Origin: Leucoraja ocellata
Lineage: Eukaryota
NCBI GenBank assembly: GCA_036785375.1
Contig: JAWMAR010000001.1
Coordinates: 744,001-808,000, forward strand
Direction: 5' to 3'
Length of the DNA: 64,000 nucleotides
In this document: piece by piece, positions 36,990 to 48,705 of the stretch
Position numbering within the stretch: position 1 is the stretch's first letter
Layout: each line of letters opens with the position of its first letter
Program-made: the position numbers and the translations under genes
The notes under the pieces: generated by a model
What the model saw: the letters and a program-made list of their open reading frames with translations, nothing else
The model's database searches: none
Told to the model about the DNA's origin: nothing

Positions 36990-39537
36990 TTGACAATAGA
37001 CAATAGGTGCAGGAGTAGGCCATTCGGCTCTTCAAGCCAGCACCACCATTCAATGTGTTCATGGCTGATCATCCCCAATCAGTACCCCATTCCTGCCTTC
37101 TCCCCATACTCCGCTATCTTTAAGAGCCCTATCTAGCTCTCTCTTTAAAATATCCAGAGAACCGGCCTCCACCGCTCTCTGAAGCAGATAATTCCACACT
37201 CACTGTGAGAAAAAGCGTTTCCTCGTCCCTGTTCTAAATGGCTTACCCCTTATTCTTAAACTGCGGCCCCTGGTTCTGGACTCCCCCAACATCGGGAACA
37301 TGTTTCCTGCCTCTAGTGTGTCCAAACCCTTAACAATCTTATATGTTTCAATAAGATATCCTTTCATCCTTCTAAACTCCAGAGTGTACAAGCCCAGCCG
37401 CTCCATTCTCTCAGCATATGACAGTCCCGCCAATCCGGGAATTAACCTTGTAAACCTACGCTGCACTCCCTCAAATTAGGGGACCAAAACTGCACACAAT
37501 ACTCCAGGTGTTGTCTCACTAGGGCTCTGTACAACTGCAGAAGGACCCCTTTGCTCCTATACTCGGCTCCTCTTGTTATAAAAGCCAACATGCCTTTTGC
37601 TTTCTTCACTGCCTGCTGTACCTGCATGCTTACTTTCATAGACTGATGAACAAGGACCCCCAGATCCCATTGTACTTCCCATTTTCCTAATTTGACGCCA
37701 TTTAGATAGTAATCTACCTTCCTGTTTTTGATACCAAAGTGGAAAACCTCATATTTATCCACATTAAACTTCATCTGCCATTCATCTGCCCAGTCCCATA
37801 CCTGTCCAAGTCACCCTGCATTCTCATAGCATCCTCCTCACAGTTCACACTGTAACCCAGCTTTGTGTCATCTGCAAATTTGCCAATGTTACTTTGAATC
37901 CCATTGTCCAAATCATTGATGTATATTGTAAATAAGTGCAGTCCCAGCACCGAGCCTTGCGGTACCCCACTAGTCACTGCCTGCCATTGTGAAAGGGGCT
38001 CGTTAATCCTTACTCTTTGTTTCCTGTGTGCCAACCAATTTTCTATCCATTTCAGCACTCAACCCCCAATACCATGTGCCCTAATTTTGCCCACTAATCT
38101 CCTATGTGGGACCTTATCAAAAGCTTTCTTAAAGTCCAGGTACACTACATCGACTGGCTCTCCCTTGTCCATTTTCCTAGTTACATCCTCAACAAATTCC
38201 AGAAGATTAGTCAAGCAGGATTTCCCCTTCGTATATCCATGCTGACTCAGACCGATCCTGTAACTGCTACCCAAATGTGCGGCTATTTTATCTTTTATAA
38301 CTGTCGTAACTATCACTGAATGTCATGTTGTTACTTGTGTGCGGAGCACCAAGGCAAATTCCTTGTATGTGAATACTTGGCCAATAAACTTACTTACTTA
38401 CTTATAATTGACTCCAGCATCTTCCCCACCACCGATGTCAGGCTAACTGGTCTATAATTCCCTGTTTTCTCTCTCCCGCCTTTCTTAAAAAGTGGAATAA
38501 CATTAGCTACCCTCCAATCCACAGGAACTGATCCTGAGTCTATAAAACATTGGAAAATTATCACCAATGCATCCACAATTTCTAGAGCCACTTCCTTACG
38601 TACCCTGGGATGCAGACCATCAGGCCCTGGGGATTTATTGGCCTTCAGTCCCATCAGTCTACCCAACACTATTTCCTGCCTAATATGGATTTCCTTCAAT
38701 TCCTCCGTCACCCCAGATCCTCTGGCCACTACTATATCAGGAAGATTGTTTGTGTCCTCCTTAGTGATGACAGATCCAAAGTACCTGTTCAACTCATCTG
38801 CCATTTCCTTGTTCCCCATAATACATTCACCTTTTTTAATCTTCAAGGGTCCAACTTTGGTCTTTACTAAACTAAGAAGCTTTTACTATCCTCCTTTATA
38901 TTCTTGGCTACCTTACCTTCGTACCTCATCTTTTCTCCCCGTATTGTCTTTTTAGTTATCTTCTGTTGGTCTTTAAACATTACCCAATCTTCTTGCTTCC
39001 CGCTCATCTTTGCTATGTAGTACTTCTCTTTCATTTTAATACTGTTCCTGACGTCTCTTGTCAGCCACGGTCGCCCCTTATTCCCCTTGGAATCTTTCTT
39101 CCTCAGAGGACTGAACTAATCCTGCACCTTCTGCATTATTCCTAGAAATACCTGCCATTGTTGTTCCACTGTCATCCCTGCTAGGGTATCTATCCAGTCA
39201 ACTTTGGCCAGCTGCTCCTTCATGGCTCCATAGTCCCCTTTATTCAACTGTAACACTGACACCTCCGATCTACTCTTCTCCCTCTCTAATTGTAGATTAA
39301 ACCTGACCATATTATAGTCACTACCTCCTAATGGCTCATTAACCTTGTTCCTTTATCAAATCCAGTTCATTACATAACACTAAATCCAGAAATGCCTTCT
39401 CTATGGTAGGCTCCAATACAAGCTGCTCTATGAATCCATCACGAAGGCACTCTACAATGTCCCTTTCTTGGGGTCCAGTACCAACCTGATTCTCCCAGTC
39501 TACCTGCATGTTGAAATCTCCCATAACAACCACAGCA
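36990..39537 (-). mobile_element. CR1-type LINE, long degenerate copy (endonuclease to 3' end)
   Basis: VVMGDFN endonuclease motif, GVPQGSVLG, FADDT; short (ACTT)n-tailed insertion at about 38300-38403. Confidence 0.9.
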
Positions 39538-39538
39538 T

Positions 39539-39790
39539 TGTAGCGGCACCTGCTGGTGCCAGAAGGTAGTCGAACCCTGCGGTCGGTTAGCTTGGTCATG
39601 TGACTGTGGGAGGGTTTAGTTTTTGCGTGTTTTCTGGGCTAGCCCCATTCATTACTTCAACCACCGTTGGGGTAACATCGTTTTGTATTAACTGTCGTTT
39701 GATCCTTGTTGTTTTCACGGCTTTAATAATAAAGTTCGTTTGTGAAAACGACTGACGTCTCGACTAACAAAATTGGTGACTCCAACACGT
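39539..39790 (+). mobile_element. LTR (TG...CA, 39539-39769) followed by a PBS-like TGGTGAC; Gypsy-like 5' end
   Basis: AATAAA at 39728-39733; TGG a few bases after the terminal CA. Confidence 0.6.
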
Positions 39791-40812
39791 CCAATTGGAA
39801 AGTGGACGCCGAGATCAACCCGGCATGCACAATCAAATAAGATCAAATAAAACAAGTTGTCCTACAACTTCAGGCTGTGCACGCTATACGCAAGAAGAAG
39901 AAGACCTCTCTATGATTAACATTAAAGCAAGACCTGTTGCTGAACTGAATCTTATGTGAAGCTATTATAATAGCCATAGAGCTCCTCAAAATTGACACAT
40001 GCAACCTGTGCTCTCCAAAGTCAATCCCGTTTCCTTGATTGTCTGGTTAATACCAAATAAAGTAAACATGGCTTTAAGCCAAAATTAGTTCAGAATTGAA
40101 GAAGTATTACTTGATTGTCAATCCAGTGCATTCACTTAGTCTTTCTCTCTCCTCAGATGCTACCTGATCTTCTGAATATTTCCAGCACTTCAATTTAATC
40201 TCAGACTTTCAGCAACTGCTGTATTTTACATTTCACCTTTTAAGCATGTTCCCCCTAAAACTGCCTCATTCATCTCCTTTTATTTACACTCCACTAATAT
40301 ATCAGCTATGTTTAAGAAAGTGGCGCCTGGAGTCTGAAGGAACTTGGTTCAGTTCATTAATAGGATGGTTTGTAAGATCAGTGAAGTGGGTAACAGAGTT
40401 TGGAAGACCACCAGTAAATATTTTCTTTTTACTTTTAATTTTTGTCACATAATAATAGATTACAATACAAGCTGAAGGATGGAACATTTACAATCTACAG
40501 AATCTTCCAGTTACCATAAAATGTACAGTCAGGAATCCCCAGAACTCTCTTTATATATGAACAAGTACAAATGATAAAATCTTCTACAATCTGAACGAGG
40601 TCTCCTTGTGTTTGGTCGACTTGATCTTTCAGGCATTTCATTCATGTTTATTTTTTCTCTCCTGAATCATCCTGGTCTCCTGGAATGAATGGAATCAACA
40701 GAATAGTTATTCTTAATGGAATTAATTCAGTCTCAAATCAAAGTATTATTATCATTGATAAGGTGATCAAGATTTTTGAATTAACTGACTCAAGACCTCA
40801 GTGTACACTTAC

Positions 40813-40857
40813 ATTTGAAGATTCTTCAACCAACGATTCTTTTGACTTGCTTTACGC
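40813..40857 (-). CDS. Copy C 45-nt micro-exon: the frame used by A/B has TAA at codon 2; the shifted frame reads (R)VKQVKRIVG*
   Basis: TTTTACAG| and |GTAAGT; frame 0 = A*SKSKESLVEESSN. Confidence 0.7.
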
Positions 40858-43465
40858 CTGTAAAATATATTAGTTATCCTGTTTAGTCCAGGGAACAAAA
40901 ATACATTTTGCACATTTTAGCACTGATATGGTCATCTTTAAGCTAAAGATGGAAAGTAAGTAAAATGCTGACGTGATATCTCCTTAAATATTTGAGTTAT
41001 TCAGTGACTGGGTAGAATGGGAAGTCATTAAATATTACATATTCTACAGAACTATTTGTCATTATATACCTGGTAGAGTTAAGCTGTGCAGTCAATGAAT
41101 AACTAATAAATGATGAGATGAGTTTGCCTCTATTCTGTTCTAGATGCAGAGTAACAAGCAATGATGGTCTGATGTGAGAATATAAGCAGCCATCCCTATG
41201 AAGCCATTATGTCAAATTATTCTGACCTAATCATCACCAAATAATAAAATTGGCTGCATTTAGGCCCAATTGAAAATCTTTTGACTAGAAATGGAGCTCT
41301 CTAGTTTGCAACATGATTCAGGTGATAATATCCCTTCCCCAAATATTTCTGATCGGTTAATTACATAAATTGCAATTCTACTGGTAAAATCTGCATTATT
41401 TATACTTACGTTTGTAGACTTGTCGAAGAGGCATTCTCCTGGCTCTCATCTACGGAAACATATTAATTTATTTAGGTTTATTATGGCGATGGTTGACTTT
41501 TTAAATCCAAAGCTTAGCATTATCTTAATCTTCAAATTGATATCAAATCAGAAATAAGGTAATACTAGCTGTTTAAATATCATGGTACATTGCATTGTTT
41601 CAGAGTGGACAAAGGATTGAAAGTCCCAGTAACACAACACCAGCACAATGAGACCAGTGCATAAATGGATAAAGTCATGCAATGGGCTCTGTTGCTTTTC
41701 CCCCTCAAAAATAGAGAGTAGTTGCTTTTCAGGTAACAGAAAGAAGAGATCCTGTTGTAAATAGAGCTCTTTTGGAAGGCTCAAATAAACTTGTAGCTAA
41801 AGTGTCACGTACTCCACTTCTGAATTCCATTCCATGGACTTGGATATAAACCAATTTTTGGAGGCAGTGTGCAAATCATTGGCAATCGTATAATGCACAC
41901 TTAACACTAATATTCCTCGATCTGCACATGGATGTGAAGCCAGTGATACTATCAGATGTAGCTCAGTTTGCTTCTTAGTTTTATACAAAGAAAGTGATCA
42001 AATGTTTTGAAAAAATCAATACAAAGTTATCAGTGATAAAATCCTGACCCAGAACAAAATATGCCCACTCTCCCTATTTGCATTATGGTGAACTGACCTC
42101 AATACTGTTCTCATTAGATTCCAATGAACGACTGTCGATTGTCCTCAAACCTCGACACTCTACATCAACGTCGACAATCTTGCCAGCAAAGTATTCAACA
42201 CTGCTTTTGCAGATTCCTTTTGCCTGTCAAAAAGCAAAAGAACATTAAAGTTACTCATCACCCTTTATGGTGCAGTGTATGACATTATGCAGCATATATG
42301 ACATTATTCCACGCTAATGGCCCTTTGTTGAAATAATAATTCAGTTCCTGCTGCACCTTCTCTGATATAATTCAGTTCACAGCTCTTTCTATGATTTGTT
42401 ATTTCTATGATTTAAGTCAGTGCCACTGGCACTTACTATGGTTAAACACAGTGTAAATAGCCCTCTGCATCATTTCGCTCGGTATTTATGCCCCGATCAA
42501 TGAAATAACGCATCACTCACAGACCTTTTCTGACAGATCAGCAGATATGGTAGTTTGGATACTACGACATAACTCAAGACTTACAGCATTCTTTCTGGAG
42601 CGGAAGTGGCAGGAGCTATCATCAAATTCCAGTCCGGAATTTTTGGAACATACGGTTTCTTTCACTGAGAATACTAGATCCACGTTGTACCATAGTTTGC
42701 CTGTGCGATAAACCTAATGAAAGGAAACCAGGTTATTAATGTGCCTTCCATTCAAATGTTCTCAATCTGATCAGATAAAGCTCAGAACAACACTGTCCTT
42801 TCAGCATTTGCTGACAGAATAATCATTAATTGCAGGCAAAAGATATATTTTATCCAAATTATAAATCACTCCTTTACCACTATATTGGGGATGTTCAATA
42901 CATTGGAGTTAGTAATGAAAGTAACAAACAAATGATAGACCGTTGGGATTTGGACAAACCCTGGTGTTAAACCATAAATCTCAACCTCTGAAAATTTCCC
43001 ATTTACAATTTGACACCTAGACCCAATGTGAATCTCCAAAATACGTAAAAGATGCAGCTTGGACCTGTATAAAGGTTTGCCATCATTCCTGTGCCATTCT
43101 CAGCTCTAGTGTAATGATGGGTCTACCTGCATCAAGTTCAAAGAGCATCGCCCATGAAAGGTAATGAAACCAAGATACACTTACAATCTTTCCTCTTCTG
43201 CCATTGACAGCACACAGGTTGTTGATCTCGGTGATTTCATTCAGCTTTCCAACTGAGGCCCTCAGGGCATTCTTGGTGCTTAGCACTCCTGCAGAGAGAG
43301 AACGAAAGTTCCAACATATTTCAGTGAATTATTTTTGTGTCATGGTGAATTATCATAGATCGACTAGCAATAACTCATTGCTCTCTGTGCCCATCCCTCT
43401 CCCCAGTACCTACCTGAGCAGTGGAGGATCTGCACAGCAGCGATGGCGAGGAGGAAGAATTTCAT
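40826..43465 (-). CDS. SPP2-like gene, copy C; predicted 160-aa product ending in a cationic peptide (cathelicidin-like layout)
   Basis: Exons 43465-43414, 43288-43185, 42713-42585, 42223-42098, 41449-41410 (40 nt), 40857-40813 (TGA at 40828-40826), then a last exon from 40679. Exons 1-4 are intact: MKFFLLAIAAVQILHCSG VLSTKNALRASVGKLNEITEINNLCAVNGRRGKI VYRTGKLWYNVDLVFSVKETVCSKNSGLEFDDSSCHFRSRKNA AKGICKSSVEYFAGKIVDVDVECRGLRTIDSRSLESNENSIE, then MRARRMPLRQVYKRVKQVKRIVG*. The C-terminus depends on inclusion of the 40-nt exon. Confidence 0.7.
41410..41449 (-). CDS. Copy C 40-nt frame-shifting micro-exon (MRARRMPLRQVYK+C)
   Basis: TGTTTCCGTAG| acceptor; AAC|GTAAGT donor like the other micro-exons. 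Confidence 0.6.
42098..42223 (-). CDS. Copy C exon 4
   Basis: 126 nt, GACAG| and |GTCAGT; two codons shorter than in A/B. Confidence 0.85.
42585..42713 (-). CDS. Copy C exon 3
   Basis: 129 nt, CATTAG| and |GTAAGT. Confidence 0.9.
43185..43288 (-). CDS. Copy C exon 2
   Basis: 104 nt, AG/GTAAGT. Confidence 0.9.
43414..43465 (-). CDS. Copy C exon 1, signal peptide
   Basis: 52 nt, G|GTAGGT. Confidence 0.9.
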
Positions 43466-43557
43466 TCTGCCTCGTGTGTGTGATCAGCCGGCTGGGTTCT
43501 CAGAGTAAAGTTGCTGCTACTCTCTCTCGATCTGCCTTCACCTCGCTGCCTTCGGCC

Positions 43558-43604
43558 TTTATACCCTGCACCTCAACCACATTCAAACACTGACTCATGT
43601 TTGC
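43558..43604 (-). promoter_or_regulatory. Copy C core promoter (TATAAA, AP-1, FOX-like)
   Basis: tttata 43558-43563, tgactca 43591-43597, tgtttgc 43598-43604. Confidence 0.7.
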
Positions 43605-44787
43605 CCAGCTTGTTGATGTGGGCACGGAAATCTGCTGACAAGTGAACTGTATGGGCAAAGCTTCCTCCAAACAGCATCATCTTTTCGCTGGTAAAAGAGT
43701 AAGATCGGATGTTATGCCTGACAGAGAGAAAAAAGTGATCAGAATTGGAACTGTTACCTACTGTATATATCTATATAAATACACTGCCCTTATTATAATT
43801 AGCATTTGAATTTATTGGGGACAATGGTATTGGACAGATTGTTGCAATGGCACACCATAGATGGCATACATATTTTTCCAGAATTTAGTCAATGTTTCTT
43901 AATAGCTCTCAGTGTGATGATAAAGCTCCCCTGCCCAATCCAATTATGTGTACACTCTGCTTGTGTCATCGATGTCTCTCATATTGGTGGGTGACATTAA
44001 ATCAAATGAGTAACCCATGCCTCTGTGAAGTTTTGCATTTGGTGGGTAGAACAAGGTTGTTCCAGGTGATTTGGAAAATGGACAAGAAATTCGCAATATG
44101 CAAGAAATTCTTCAACAGATCAGCTTGTTCATAAGTGCAGAGAGAAACCAAACCAATCTTTCAGATTAATGTTCTTTTCATCAAAACCTGGGAAATGTTT
44201 GAGATAAGAGAAGTCTTAAGATGAAGAGAAATGACATTGGGATGGAGGGGGCCAGTGGGAAGGGAAAAGTGGTGGGGACCGGGGAAGAATTAAATAGGTC
44301 TGATCTAAGGCGGAGAGCAGGAGAAAAATAAATGATTGAAAGGGGTGAAAAGGGCCTTGTCGGCTCCGGAAGCCACGGTCTCGAGTAAGGAGGTGGCCGT
44401 TTCCAGGGTTCCCATGCCACTGGGAGGACTCTCCCGATGCCGGAACAACATCACCCAGCAAGAACGGCCTGGAACATCGGGCCTCCGTAGAGGCAACTGT
44501 GGAGGCCTCAATTGGCCCGACTATGGGGGAACTGGGGTCGGGGACTGGACTTTGTGCCTTCCCTCATAATGGGAACCACTGTGGGGGGATGTTTTCATGT
44601 TAAAGTTCTTTAGTATTGTCATGTTTGTATTCTTTTTTTATGTGCTGCATTGGCATAACAAATTGCACCAGCCTGGCTGTGTGGTCATTAAAAGAATCAA
44701 TCAATCAATCAAAAGGGAATATGAAAGGATGCGTCATTGTTACAAGTCAAGACACAAAATATAGAAAGACACAAAAAGCTGGAGTAA

Positions 44788-45042
44788 AGGGCCTGTCCCA
44801 TTTGGGCGTCATTTGCGCGTCACGCAGGTGGCGCGCGAGGATTTTGAGAATCCCCAAAATCCTGGGGCGCCGCGCGCTACCGCGCGTCACTGACTAGGCC
44901 ACCACGTCTCACGAGCTCCATGCGTGCATGATGCACGCTATGCAAGCGTTACTCGCGCATCACAACGCGCGCGTCATCGTCGTGATGCGTAAATTATGTC
45001 GCGTAAATGACGGGCAAATTACACCCAAGTGGGACAGGCCCT
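44788..45042. mobile_element. PIF/Harbinger-like MITE
   Basis: Perfect TIR AGGGCCTGTCCCA; TAA TSD inside the host repeat gctggagTAActcag. Confidence 0.88.
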
Positions 45043-48000
45043 TAACTCAGTGGGTAAGGCAGCATCGCTGGAGAACATGGAAAGGTGACGTTTCGGGTCT
45101 GAACCCTTCTGGTCTGGCTGAAATCTTCATGCAAGTTACAGAAATATAACCTGAAATTGTTGAACTGAACGCAGTTCCTTACACTCACTTTGAGTTTCAC
45201 AAGAAGACTGCAGGAAACTCAGGAAAGGGGGTGCCAAATGAGAGTGACGACCAAAGGATGAAGATGCACATTGTTAAGGAGGTTATTCGATTAGTAATTA
45301 ATATCTTGATGTCCATTTTTTTTAATGGGATTACTTTAAATGTAGTTGGACTGCTTAACACATTATAAAAATAACACAGAGCCATTGGTAATGGACCAAT
45401 TAAGGTTCACAAGGATTATACTTGACATGAAAGGTCATAATGTCCTCAAGCAAAGAGAAGGCAACAGGAGGCCTGATAGAAGTTTTCAAGATATTCATAC
45501 GGTGAGCATGGAAAAGATGAAACCAAAGCCCAATAAATATAAGAAATTCATTAGCCAACCCAATAGATGGTTCAGAAGTACATGTTTTGCCCAAAGAATG
45601 GGAAGAATGTAGAAAAGCTTGTACAAGTACTGGATAAGGACAGTGGTGTGCAGATAAAGGAGAAACTAGTAAAGCACGTGATGAGAAATAAATAGACAGA
45701 CATGTGGAGTGGACCAGGATGGGAGATGGGTTGGGTGAAGCATAAATGGCTGAATGGAAAAGATGAGCTATCCTTTAGCTGTAGACACATAATTCTGCAT
45801 GAAAATATTAGATGTTGTAAAGTTTGGCGTCTTTTTCATATTTTGTTGTCTTTAGATGTATGCTTAGTAATTTTTCATTACGGGGCAAACTTGTCAAGCA
45901 GGAGACCTTCAGCCAACATTACCTGCAAAGCCACAGTATTTGTAACTGTTCCTGAAATAGCATTAAAAGCTAATTGACTTTCATTTAATTAATGCAGTTT
46001 GCATTTTCAAAAGTAGGTTTAAAACAAAATTAGCTCACAAGAACTAAAAATTTGGCCTTGTGATTGTCAACACATTGCAGTAAATTCCAGAATAGATTTA
46101 CACATTGAAACACTTTGGCCCTTTCAGTTTGCTGCTCTCGCTTGCTTTAAAACAAACAGATGACTGATAAACTCCCAATAAAACTTCAGTTTTACCAGTT
46201 GTAAGTACAAATACCAGGGCCCCAGGTTCCATCATTCCAGCTGATGGACTGCAAATTAATTTAGTCGTTAGTTTTCATTAATCCATTTTCTGGTGCTGGT
46301 ATACAGATACATCTACAGCCTATAGCCAGAAGGCTATGAAAAGAATCCTTTGAGAGTGATCATAGCAGCACATACCTGACAAGGGAGGTCATTCAGTTCC
46401 ACATGCGTAGGAAATACACCAGGGATTTGTTTTGGCCTGGGGACTTGTTGACACTTGCGGCCAATTCCATGGTTGAGATTTCCTGCTTTTCTGCATTGAG
46501 GGGACTGGGGGCACGATTTTGTGGGGGAGGGGGTGCTTAAGGTCAAGAGCAAATAATTTGGGGGGAAGATAAACACGAGCAGCCTGGTCAACACTTGGCC
46601 AAAATGATAGGACGCTGATTACCTGGACATTTAGTCATTGCTGTCTATGTGTGCTTGCTGAGTGTTTATTAGATGGGGGGGGGGGGCACACTGATGCAGC
46701 TGGTAAAGCTGATGCCTCGCAGCAAAGAGATTGGATTTAATTCCCGACTTCGGGTTCTGTCTGTGTGGAGTATGCATGTTGACCCTGTGACCATAAATGT
46801 TTCAAACGGGTGCTCCGGTTACCTCCCACATCCCAAAGACGTGAGGTGTGAGGTTTGTAGATTCATTGGCCCTCTGTAGATTGCCGCTAGTGTGTAGGGA
46901 GTTGATGCAGAAGTGGGAAGAACAAAGAATTAGTGTGAACAGATGATCGATGGTTGGCGTGCGTGCACTCAGTGGGCCAAAGGGCCTGTTTCCATGCTGT
47001 ATCTTTCAATCAATCTATCAAAAACCTTCAATCTCCATCTGCATAATTCTTGACAACAATAGAACAGTTTTTTGTTTCTCTTTTTTGGTCTTATCCTTTT
47101 CCTTTTAAACAATGACTTTACATATCTGACATGACACTTAACCTAAACTGCCAGAGAAGGCAGTGGAGGCCAATTCACTGGATATATTCAAGAGAGAGTT
47201 AGATATAGCTCTTTGGCTAACAGAATCAAGGGATATGGGGAGAAAGCAGGAACAGGGTACTGATATTGGATGATCAGCCATGATCATATTAAATGACTCG
47301 AAGGGCTGGATGGCCTACTCCTGCACCTATTTTCTACATTTCTATTAATGTTTTCTGTTAGTTAAGATGCCAATCACCCCCCAACCATCGCCCTCCTCTG
47401 CTGCCGAGTTAAACAATCAGACATTGAGTAATTTGTCTGTTTATCCCATGCTGCCCGACCCACCATCACAACAATAGATAGTCGAGCAGCCCACTTAATC
47501 CACTCCTAAACATAAGCTTTTGTTTCTTTCCTTGGATCAGCCCCACACCACTTAATTTTTCTACCAACATCTGTTCTGTAGTTTTATGTCTATTTATCTA
47601 CACTTTGAGGGACATGTCCCCTAGTTCATTGCTCTCTCTTTTATGTATGCCTGCTACAACATTACATTCCTGATGAAAATCTTTTCAATATAAAATGTCA
47701 ATTATTCTGCTTCAGACATTCGCCAGCCTGCATAATATTTCCAGCACTTTGTTATTATTTCAGATTTCCAGCATCTGTAGTATTCTGTGGCATATAACAA
47801 AAAATTATATGTTTAATTTTAAAGGCAAATTGCTGCCTTTGATCACTGGAACCATATTGTGTTTTGAGCTGTCTATTATATCATTGATTTAGCAGAATAG
47901 GGATTTTTTTCTCTTCAATGGGGCTTTGCCACAGGTGGTTGTTCCTGGTTATCCACATGGTGGCAGCACAGCTGCAATCTTTGCTGCGAGCAAGGGCTGC

Positions 48001-48560
48001 AGAATTCATTGCTGAATTTGCCCATCCCTTTATTGTGTGTGTGTGTGAGCACACGGGTGTGTGTGTGTATGTGCGTGCGTGCGTGTGCGCCGGTTTGTCT
48101 GTTTGTCTACGGGTATGGGTCTGTGTCGATGCGTACATGTATGCATGCATGTGTGTCTGCAAGTGTGTATGTGCTCTAGAGTGAGGCATTTGGATCTCTG
48201 TGTAGCTCTTCAATTCTCTGTTCAATAAGATTATGTTGATCTGATTATAAGCACATCTGTAATATTCACAATAAAAGTCTACAGCACAGAAACAGATGCT
48301 CTGGCCCATCACGTCATGCCTGTGTTTGCGTACCCCATATGTCTGTATTAATTTTAAACTCCACTATGCTCTGTCAAGATGCCTATGAATGTTGTTACTG
48401 TTCTGCTTCCACCACCTCCCCAGGCAGCTTATTCCAGATAACGACTATTCTTTTTGCGAAACATTTCCCTAACAGATTTTATTTAAATCTCTTCCCTCTC
48501 ACCTTAAACCTGCGCTCTAGCTTTAGACACCCCTAACTTGGTAAACATTATCTGGCTATC

Positions 48561-48705
48561 NNNNNNNNNNNNNNNNNNNNNNNNNNNNNNNNNNNNNNNN
48601 NNNNNNNNNNNNNNNNNNNNNNNNNNNNNNNNNNNNNNNNNNNNNNNNNNNNNNNNNNNNNNNNNNNNNNNNNNNNNNNNNNNNNNNNNNNNNNNNNNNN
48701 NNNNN
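48561..48705. other. Assembly gap (145 N)
   Basis: Run of n. Confidence 1.

Noticed and set aside
40826-43465. Labelling copy C a true cathelicidin ortholog, or a plain pseudogene
   Set aside because: Its exon structure (separate signal-peptide exon, phase-1 intron) and sequence are those of its SPP2-like neighbours. The intact promoter, exons 1-4 and splice sites argue against simple decay, although pseudogene status is not excluded.
47952-47966. CTCF-like motif CCACATGGTGGCAGC
   Set aside because: Two core mismatches and a single occurrence; not supportable without ChIP or conservation data.
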